NCBI GenBank assembly: GCA_010015585.1
Contig: ML975162.1
Length of the DNA: 47,018 bases
Source of the DNA: Eremomyces bilateralis CBS 781.70
Lineage: Eukaryota
Reading direction: 5' to 3' (one strand)
Notes under the pieces: generated by a model
What the model was told of the DNA's origin: nothing
Database searches by the model: none
What the model saw: the letters and a program-made list of their open reading frames with translations, nothing else
Shown: piece by piece, positions 24,883 through 34,942 of the stretch
How positions within the stretch are numbered: the first letter of the stretch is position 1
Layout of the letters: every line of letters starts with the position of its first letter
Made by a program: the position numbers and the translations under genes

Positions 24883-26892
24883 ATGGCGTCTGATCACGTC
24901 CGAGTGCCGGAAGATTGCAGCGCGACGCTATGCGACGACTGTCAAAAGATTGATTTCCATCAGCTGTTCTACCCGACATCTCAAACCTATCAGTGTAAAT
25001 CATCTCCAGTCCGTGTTCCTCCAGAGGATGATACCGAATTTCGACTGCGAAGCATTCCTGCAAAGGATCTCACTGAGGATTTCAGTTCAGCCTACTCCCT
25101 TTGCTGCTTGTTCCAAAATACGGTTGCGAATGATATCTCGCGGCTTTGGGAAGACGAAAAGCAGGAATTAGCCAAATCGAAGGATTGGGCATTATACAGC
25201 GTGCCTGTGGCATCTCCTGGAACTATCCCGGTTTCAAACTATGTGAGAATAGGGGTAAAGGACATGTCGGATTGGTCCCCTCCGCTCAACAATCTACTTG
25301 TCTCAATACCACCCTCAGAATCTTCTATGCTGGATAAAATAAACTGGGGACGTGTGAATAGGTGGTTGGCAGATTGCCATAAAGATCATGTGTCGGCATA
25401 CTGTCCTAAATCCGCCCAGGTGACTGTATCTGGAATCCGAGTGATCGATGTTTCAACCCTCAGAATCGTACAGCCAACTACCCCCTCCCTCGAATATGTG
25501 GCACTCAGTTATCTTTGGGGCGAATTCAGTGGTGAAAGCCTGATCGAGAGTTCTTTACCTTCTACGCTGCCCTTAACAATTCGAGACACGGTCGAAGTTG
25601 GGAAGACTTTACGTTACCGATATCTATGGATCGACCGATAATATATGCCAGAAAGTGGCCACGTGGAGCGGCATAGATTAATAAGGAACATGAACCTCGT
25701 CTACCAGAATGCAAACTTGACGATAATCGCCGCTGCGGGAAGTGAACCATCCTATGGCTTGCCAGGAGTGAGTGTTAGGTCGAAGACCACGACGAACTTC
25801 TTCCGTCTTGGTGAGATGTGCTTGTTTAGGGCCAATCTCCAATTTCCCGAGATTGGGAAATCGAAATGGAATACAAGAGGTTGGACCTATCAGAAGTGCG
25901 TACTCTCCCCACGAAAGCTAGTATTTTCGGACGGCGGAGTGTATTTCTGTAGTGAAGGCATTCACTGTTTCGAGTATTTACCAGAGCCGATTCCGAACAA
26001 CGATCCCCCAATCCCGCATGGCTCGGATTTCCTTGGATTCAGTATCGAGGAGCGGATCCAAGAGTATTGCACCAGGGAATTGATATTTGATGGCGACTAC
26101 TGGAATGATTTTGAGGGCATTCTGAACGAATATGAGAGCAAACTATCTAACACATCTCTTCTAGGGCATCTTTATGGATTGTCAATATATAAGGTCCCTC
26201 CCCCCCTCGCAGATAAATGGAGTTTGGAAACGAATCTTTTCAGTTCATTGCTCTGGAAGGTCAGTGGCAATGCGATTTGTCGTCCACAGCTCCCCAGTTG
26301 GACATGGCTTGGGTGGAAGATAGTTGGCAGATACCATACCGCCAGTTCTCCTTTGAATTCAACCTTCTTGCCTTTGCGAGCCTACGCGGAAGCTCCTGAT
26401 GGCGCAATCATCCCACTCGAGAAGTTCCACTCAATGGATCCTTGGAGTCACAATCCACCCAGTCATCTCCTGATACGTGGTTGGGTTTATGACATCCCGA
26501 TTTCAGAGGCCGGAACTTTGCAGTGGATGGATGGTTTGCCTCCTCAAAGGATAGGAGCCGAATCAAGGATCTTCTTGCCCCAAGATGGCTCTCGTCTTCA
26601 CTCTCAAAGCCATATTGCTCAAACCAATTCCGCCCTTGGGCTCGTGGTCTCTACCTACGATTATCATTTCTTCAGCGTCCTACTTCTTGTGAATTATGAC
26701 GAATCCAATACACATGAACGGGCGGGATTCTTACGAATGGGTGATTTTGGGTGGAGAGGCGTCGAAAGGTGTTGCGCACAGTTGAAGGAGCAAATGGGCT
26801 TTCAATGCAACGAACCCGAATACATGCCGCTGATGTTGAGGTATATATTTGGTCCCACGTTAAGGACGGAGACGAAGGGTAGGCTGAAATGA
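24883..26892 (+). pseudogene. HET-domain (heterokaryon incompatibility, PF06985-type) gene interrupted by an in-frame stop
   Basis: HET motifs WLADC, RVIDV, YVALSYLWG, LPLTIRDT, YLWIDR, MNLVYQNANLTIIAAAG, GLPGVS, WNTRGWTYQ and PSWTWLGW lie in one frame, but TAA at 25639-25641 splits the domain. No GT..AG intron spans the stop. Confidence 0.8.
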
Positions 26893-27596
26893 TTGCCTAC
26901 GTCTCTTCGTTTCAAGGGGAGAGTGGAGCATCACAGTAACTGGTATTTGAGACTGTCGAATAAAATCTTATTCCTTCAAATTATCCGGTAAAAGGTATGC
27001 TGTTAATCAGGTCATCTCGGTCTAATAACCCACCGAACTTTGTTGGTATCCCAGGAGCCTTATGCGTAGGAATCAGTCATCGTATGCATAGAGTAGAAGA
27101 ACCCACCTGAACTTTCGAGACAGCTAGGAACACAATCAGTTCCGGTGTTAAAGCTCAACGGCGCCAAAATTGGACCAATTCGGGAGCTAGTGCCGTGAGG
27201 TCGTGCCGAGGGTCATGTCATTCCTATTACGAACGCATATGAGAAGGAAGTACATCCGTAGGCACTCCGTACTCGGCTTTAGCACCGAGCACGGATATAA
27301 AACACAGGTTACGTGCTTGAGGCTCAGTCGTCTCCTGCGTAGATCGGCACAACCAGACGCATCGTGCTTTGACTGGCGTCAGGAAGCGGAACAATCCGTC
27401 CACTAGGATCAAGGTTGAAAATAAATTCACGAGGGCAGCCGGAATTGAGGCTCGCGGAGGATTACTGGCCCCTCTAAAGGCTGGAAGCCTGGAAGGGCTG
27501 GAACAAGCTGGATCGTCCCGTGTCCGAGGCTCCACCATGGTGCGATCCTGCAGCGCGGGACGTTGAGACCTGAAGGGACTCACGGACTTTAAAGAC

Positions 27597-27621
27597 AGTT
27601 CCAAGTTCCAAGTTCCAATGT
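27597..27621 (+). repeat. Heptamer tandem repeat (GTTCCAA)x3 + TGT
   Basis: AGTTCCAAGTTCCAAGTTCCAATGT; a related copy lies at 31466-31490. Confidence 0.8.
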
Positions 27622-29679
27622 CCAGCTTCTAAGTTATGCTTATGAGAATGTGAGCCAATAAATGGAGGAACAAGGTGTGTGGCTGGCAGCATGGTCGATC
27701 ATCCGGGTTGTGGGGATTAGACCAGCGCAGGATTGGAAGCTGTCACTGGCTGTGTTCCTGGTTTGCCTCAAGAGCTCCAAAGAACGGCAGTCTGGGATCT
27801 TGATCCTTCGGCTTATTCCCAGTCACTGGTGACGGAACGAGGGGAGGTACGGGCATTGCGAATCATGATCCGATTACGGTTTCCGATTCAACTTCCTGTC
27901 CTGTCGCGTGGCCAAATCTCCATGGTGGGGTCAGCAAATGCCATGCTCAGTTGGGAGTCAGGCGTTTGGCAACAGGAGTCCTTGGAGCCCGGCCAAGCCA
28001 CTTCAGTTATGTAGAATGTCGCCGTATGTTCCAAGCTCTTGCAGAGAATTTCATCGTAACTCGAAAGAATCCAGTGGAGAGTCCCACCGACGAGCCAGAA
28101 GATGGGAAACTCGTAAATTCAGCTCCCAGGCCCTTGTCCCCACCTGACTAAATATTAAAGCCACCCTGCGATGGGATCGGATCTTTTCCGTATGGCATGA
28201 CCCCAAATGTGTCCGTGAACTGTTAGAGTTACTTTGTGGCTGCTTACACCCGGTCAGCCTCACAACTCACGAGGTTGATATAACGGACCACTTGGCAAGT
28301 ATCCGCGCTAATGAACCAACAAACGCCCCCGGGATGGCTAATGATAAAGACATGGATCGTCCAGCTCGATTACCCTTGTGGTTATCAATTATGATTTCGG
28401 ACTTATCACTCGCATGGAGGAATGCTTGGTTTGCTACCGGCATCGAACTTGCTCATAGCGTTGGCTTTCATCGGCTCTCGGATCCCAGTATCATGATGCC
28501 TGATGGTATCTTTGTTTCAAGTTCGTGTACTCGAATTCTGGCTGGTTCGCATCGCGGATCAGTGACTTTCAAGTCATGTCATCCGAGAGTCCGTCGTGAG
28601 TCGGCATTGCGGTGCGTCATGTCGAAGGAGTTGGGACTTGAGGACAAGCAGATATCTCACCGGCGTATGAAGAGATACTTCAGAGCACTCAGTACAGATT
28701 ATTCATGGCGATGGTCTCGTGAAAAGTGGAATGTTGCTGCGAGTAAAGTCGTACGGACGTATCCCCGATGATCCGGAACGAATCCTGCACAGCCTCAGCC
28801 CTGCTCCACCTCCGTTGCGCCGCCTCATCCAAGCTAACGTCACCTCTTCCTGACCAGGCCATTCCAAATTTGCGATCCAACACCTTCGGGCCAAATTAGG
28901 CAATCATGATATCGAATTCTCTCCGAACTACTACTAATTGGTTAGGAGAATTTAGCCACCCCACACCTCCATCGTGAAAAGTGCTACTGCTTCAGCGTCA
29001 CCGAGATACGACCGTGGTACGGCGCTGACTGTACCAAGCACGGGTTCGAACATGGCTTTGAATTATACTGACCTATCAATCTCAATGGAGTTCATTTTAT
29101 GGTGTCCTCTGTGGCGGAGGGCTGCGAGTTCCTAATTCCTGAGGAATGGACGAACTACGCCATTTCGACTCCGCGTCAGTCCTTAACGGAGCACACTACG
29201 TATATCCGTATTCTTCATGGGCCGGCCCGGCTATCTCCAGGGGACAGTGATGCAAATGTGCCCAATTCTAATGCTTTTATCCGGAGATCGTTCGTGATGA
29301 GCCCGTCCACCCTTCAACTTCATTAATGCGCCCTCCGCAGACCAACCAAAGCCACAGGCGGCGCAATGCTGACAATCCAGCAGATTAATCTATCCCTCCA
29401 AGGACCCTTCCCACGAGCCAGTCACCAACCGGCCTCTTTTTGAGTTTCTGCTTTCTCCAATGATAATTTCATATTGGATCCAACCCACTTGGCGTTTGTA
29501 TGACTAGTATAGGGAGGCAACGCTGCGCTCGAGCCCCTCGCGCGGCCAGAGTTCCTACTTAGTTGCAATGGATCGATGTTGAATGCACACGGACTGATCT
29601 TCTTGTCTCGTCAATGCTCTGATCTGCGACAGGGACCCCACTTCATCTATAAAAACCACGATCATGCTGTTCATAGATC

Positions 29680-30998
29680 ATGGACGAATATCCACACAGG
29701 ACCACAGATCCATCCTCGTCTACATATCTTGATAGTATATCAGTTACTCCTCCAGTTCCCCAACAAGGTCGTCTTAGTCACATCTCATCCCATGACATAT
29801 CTTCCATTTCATCGCATACACCTCCGGTAGCGCGTTCTCCTCCAGTGTCTCATACCTCAAGTCGAGAGTCGCAATCCGCCGCAACCTCCCCAGGGATTCT
29901 TCCCCCTTCTTCTGCAGCACCGACGATATCTGTGGACTCTACAGAGAGGAGACGAGTACGGTTTGCATTCCTAGAGGAGGATCCAGTATATCCAGGGGTC
30001 TCCAGTCCAAGGATTCCGCGCTCACGTATTGTCCCGTCACAAAGACAGGACCCTATGTCTGAATACTCTTACGGATCACGATCATCGGCAGATTCGGGGT
30101 TCAGCAATCCTCCAGCTCGGAATTATTCGCTTCCTGGATTTGGAGGGATGACCGACGCACAGTCCATAAGTGAGGTAAGAGATGTTCAATCTTTATCATC
30201 AACTCGGACCTCCCCATTGGTATCACTGGATCCACTGGATCACTATTTTGTCGGATGCTGGTCATATCATGGAAATGCTATCTACTGCTTCAGCCTACTC
30301 TGCACTGACAGGCAGAGATCACTACCATCGAATTTATAAGATCTAATCTTCTTGGCAGTCTGAAAAGCGGACAATAATCCATGCCCTACGAACACATAGG
30401 GTCAATACGCTTACGGAACTCCGCCGAATCGAGAGGAGTTTCGCTACTATTGGCACCCCTGATGTCTCAGAGCCGATGACCACTGCATGTAGGTGTCTCG
30501 GAAAGAAACGACAGACTACAGTTACTAACCACTCAACCACAGGGGCATATTACGTTAATTCACACACACTGTTGACCGAACTTCGAAGCCTTACCCGAAA
30601 CTACCCCTTTAGGTACATTTCGCCCCGCCCAGTACTAACATGGCCGCTAACGCACCTCAGTTCCGATTGCCTTGACGAAGCCAAACGACGAGTTTACGCA
30701 GACCCGTCGAGCAACAGAAGCTGGAACTTCTGCTGGCTTGTGCTTATCAAAATGCAAAACGAGTGAGTGCCCCAACTTCTAAAGCGAACTAGTTCGAACT
30801 CTAATTGGCAATTGTAGTCAACTGATCCCCTACTACGCACAAAATCAAGCAGCGCAACCCGCCATGTGGGGAAACTACACGCCTACCGCCGACAGCATTC
30901 AACAGCTGGCTGACGCATTTATCGCGGAGTGGAATTATGCACTGGAAGAGACGTTGCGGCATTGGGAGGAATCTCCGCTTGCTGGTAGGGTGGAATGA
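29680..30998 (+). CDS. Uncharacterised protein: Ser/Pro-rich N-terminus plus Trp-rich globular C-terminal domain (5 exons)
   Basis: Introns 30175-30358, 30489-30542, 30613-30660 and 30763-30817 give a continuous frame: ...SISE-SEKRTIIHALRTHRVNTLTELRRIERSF...MTTAWAYYVNSHTLLTELRSLTRNYPFSSDCLDEAKRRVYADPSSNRSWNFCWLVL...AMWG...EWNYALEETLRHWEESPLAGRVE*. The start could instead be ATG 30055. Confidence 0.75.
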
Positions 30999-31465
30999 TG
31001 TCACGATGGGCAGGAATAAAAAGTGACTGGAGTTTGGGAAGGGCTAGGGATAAGATACTCCAGAGGGTTTGTGTATCTCCGTTGCGGGCATCTGGACTGT
31101 CACAACCGTTGTTTTTGCTTTTGGATTTCCGGTTCAAGCCATCGATGACTTTATATGAGCGACTTCTGTACTAGCATTTTATGCGGAGAATAAATGAGCG
31201 ACATTTAGCATCGGATGAAAAGCGAGGTTTACGGCTGTACGTCGTATTAAGCATCACAATGGCACCTCATGCAGTTTGTTGATGTCATTGCCCAGCCCAG
31301 ATCAAAAGAACTGCTGAAATGCCATCCAATCCGTAGCTAACTGCGTGATACCCCAGTGTATTTCTAGATTGAACAAACAGCAAGGAGAGTCCCACTGTTC
31401 CTAAATAAACTACGCATTGATATACTTGCCCCAATTTAGATGTTTGTACTCCGTATCGAATATCG

Positions 31466-31490
31466 AATTCCAAATTCCAAATTCCAATGT
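31466..31490 (+). repeat. Heptamer tandem repeat (ATTCCAA)x3 + TGT
   Basis: AATTCCAAATTCCAAATTCCAATGT; matches 27597-27621 at 22 of 25 positions. Confidence 0.8.
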
Positions 31491-31710
31491 GAGGGCACCC
31501 CTACGACAAGGAATTTCCGGCGTGGGTATCCTAGCCTGAAAGGGGGGACTTCAGTAGACAAGGTACAATATTTAGCCGGGAGCAGCCATGGAATACCTCT
31601 GCCCGCCACAGAGCTTACATAATAGGTATGCAGACATCTTGGAACAGGACCTGCGTCCAGAACCACTCAGTTGAAGTAATGCTTAAGCGGACCTGTGATT
31701 CTCGCGCCCC

Positions 31711-34591
31711 CTACTCATCGATCACGTTCCTCTCAAAAAATCTGACGATCTGTCTTGCCACTTCTTTCCCTACCAGCTCTGCAATCCGGTCCTCGCCCAT
31801 ATTCGCAAGCTCAGTGATGCTCCCAACCTCCAACTGTAGCCTCTGTGCCACGGGTTCCGTGACGCCAGGAAGGACTCTCAACATCTCTCCCGGGGTGCTC
31901 GCGTACGTTCCAGACTCGGGATCGCCTCCGCCCAGAACATCCAGGCCAGCCTCCACTGCCTTCACTGGATCCGGCTCCTCCAGACCCCTTTTCAACTCCT
32001 CGAAGATCTCGGCAGTTTGGAACGGCGAGCTGCTCCAGACAATTTTCAGTCGTGGAAACGCAATCGTTAACATGACGATTTTCGCCTGAAGGTCGGGCTC
32101 TCCGATCTTTGAAAACATCCCTGCGCTGGGGCCACCGAGACTGAGGTCCGAGAACATCTCCAATGTAAACGCCTTTTCTCGCTCGAACTCGATGAGCAGC
32201 ATTGGGTTCTTGTAGTATTTGATCATCGACTCAGCCTGGTTGTAGAGGCGACCGTTGTTAAGACTGGAGATTAGATCTCGTATGCTCTTCCGCTCGATGC
32301 AGATGCCGGTAGTCAGCACGTAGTCTCCCACTGTTAGCATGGCAGGAACAATCTCCATGGAGCGACCATGAAGTTGTGAAGGCAGCGAAGATCGGAACTC
32401 GCGCACATCAACCACAACCCGTGGGGGTTCAGCCGTCGCAGCAACCCGTCCGCCACCCGCGATCCTCGTGTTAATGGTTCGCAGGAACGCTTCCTGCGGA
32501 TCTTCAGGGGCAGTTGAATTCAGCGTCAAGGCCATCGCCCCACGTTCGCGAATCAGCTTGGTGAAAGCATCTTTCTCTCGACGAACGATGCTTAGATATC
32601 GCTGCTCTTCCACCGAATCTTGGTAGTACATGAAGTAAACCTTGATGTTACGGTCACGGTGGGAGGACCGATACACTTCCACTCGGCGAATGAATGCGGC
32701 GTCCGGTTCAAACATCACTACATATCGTGGTTTGACCTCTTCGAGGATGTGCTCATCCATGTCGCCATCGTAGGGATGCACAAGGACCAGGTCGTTCATG
32801 TCATACAGTTCGTAGTACTTGTCCATGTCATCGAGCGGATCAGCGCCGATCTCTCCTTTCTGCTGCGACTCCGCTTCGCTTGGATGTAGTTCGGCGAGGA
32901 GACTTGCAATATGAGCATCGCGATCCCCCGCGGTGACTGAGGTTTCAAAGCTCTGTCTCCCCGAGTTTGACCCTGCATAAGCTCCGCCACGTACTCTCCT
33001 TCGTTTATTGGGAGGCGCTTTACCCGGCAATGGTTTCGATGCCGCACCTTGAGCATCTTTCGAGAACAGGGTTGTGCTTGCTCTTGCGAAATCTTTCTTC
33101 CAGTTTAAATAATTGCGCAATTTTCGCCTCATCATGAACGCAGCTGAGGCCTCCGGATTAGCATCTTCGTTCTCCCCATTGGTTTCGTCTGCTCGCAAAT
33201 ACATCGTCTGTAGATACTCTCTTAGCTGAGAGCACGTACTGGTTTCACCACACATGATTAGGGTTGTTCGATTAGAATCGTCATCGGGGACCGGGTTGAA
33301 AAACATGTCCGTCTCAATCTCTTCCAAGATCTCGGCAAGTTGCCCCCATTTTGGTTGCTCCTCGAGAACCGGGTGAAGGGCGCTGTCGGAGCCCGTTGGA
33401 GCAAGGTTGGCGGTGAGTTTCCCTGTATATACTCGTCGCTTGGCAGTCTCGAAGATTGTATTCGACGCATCGAGAAATAGCCAAGGGGGTTGTGAATGGC
33501 GGGAAGAACCGGGTTCAGGAGCAGTGGCCGCTCGTACTGTGTCGAGATATTTGTTGAAGTTCACGCAATCTTCTGTTATGAGAGCACTCCAGACGTGTCA
33601 GCTCTAGTCGGAGATGGTACTTATCATATGCTTACTGAAGGAGGCTACGCAAGAGTGTTAAATCTCGAACCACTTGCTTAGTCCTGAACGAGGTCCTGTG
33701 CCACACAGGGTCAAGCTGTCTTCGTATAATGGAATCGAAATTTTTGTGGAGTGCGCTATCCACCGTCCAATCTTCCACATCCAAGCCTGGATTCGACCTC
33801 TTGAGGTCTGCGATACTGACTTCAATACATTCGAGAATCGCGTTCTGGATGACTCGCATGTCATCCGTCATTGAGACTTCAAACTCTATGACCTCTGCTT
33901 TCTTGCGGCCCTCTAGAGACTTTGCAACAGACACCTGGAATCTTGGGTAGAGGGATGATTTCCTAAGGAATAGGTTGCGCATCATGTTGGAAAGCGGAGA
34001 AAATCCCATAGTGAATGGCTCAGGTCGGTCCGAAAACGCTTTGAGGAACCCATCCTTATTCTTCTGGCGGTAGATACGGAGGATGAACGCCTCTAACGAT
34101 GTTGCCACGACCTGGTCCGCATGTAGCACGACCATCCCAGTGACGATGGCGGGGTCCAAGAGGCCGGATAGAAAGTCTACAATCAATATCCGTGATGTGA
34201 TACTGAACATCCCACCTTGCGAGTACATCTTCTCCCGCGCCCCGACGCTCATCACGTCGGTATTTACGAGGCTCAGCCCTCTGCATTTCGGCGCTGCGCT
34301 GATGGCGGCGTGCTCTGCGAGAGCTTCGCCAATCCACCCATTTTCGCGGTCATCGGCACCCACGAGTAGTATAAGGTTGTTGCCGGCAACATCGTAGGAG
34401 TGCAGAAGGTTCGTCACTATCCTGAGCAATCCCAAGCCGGGTGCGAGGATAAGTAGCTCATCCTCATCGCGGAGCTCGTGGAAGATGTCCTGTTGGTATT
34501 CCTTGGAAATTGTTAGTTACCGCTTGATGACACAGAAGATAGGTCATACCAAAGGCAATGACAGCTTTACAGTTCCCTCATCCCCAGGCAT
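31711..34591 (-). CDS. RAD1: DNA repair endonuclease XPF/Rad1 (Rad16/MEI-9/MUS-38 family; 3 exons)
   Basis: LSLPL-EYQQ start, helicase-like TSRILIVD and GFLKAFSD, LEEQPKW, ERCC4 nuclease VVVDVREFRS...VGDYVL...IERKSIRDL and C-terminal HhH (LPGVT). Introns 34502-34549 and 33587-33635. Confidence 0.96.
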
Positions 34592-34942
34592 TTGCGCGAA
34601 GGCATAGGAGGCGTTGCATGTGATTTCATAGAGGCATAGAGTAGAAGTCGCGTCGCATGGAGAACTATAAGAGCTGGTGGGCCTGGCTCATCAGCTCAGT
34701 TGTTGCCTCTGTGCCTGAGGCTGATCTCAGATTTGTGAATTGACATCTTGACCAACTAGAGATTCCGTTCACCAGTCACTTTCGACCTAGCAACTTGGGA
34801 ATAGGTAAACATGATCACACATGGCAGCCTAACGAATGAACCCCGTGATTTTATATCAATCTTCAAAACCTGTTCGATTGAATATGGTTGAAGTTGATCG
34901 TTCGCAGCCCTGCCACATCGATTGACCACAAGGAACCAAGTC

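Noticed and set aside
27733..28771. Short ORFs in the long intergenic region
   Set aside because: Mostly non-ATG starts, overlapping frames and no family motifs.
29000..29060. GGTTCGAA as a tRNA T-loop/B-box
   Set aside because: No pairing T-stem, acceptor stem or A-box could be formed.
5845..34591. MHF1 and RAD1/XPF (both crosslink repair) as a functional cluster
   Set aside because: They are 25 kb apart with many unrelated genes between; chance co-occurrence is sufficient.
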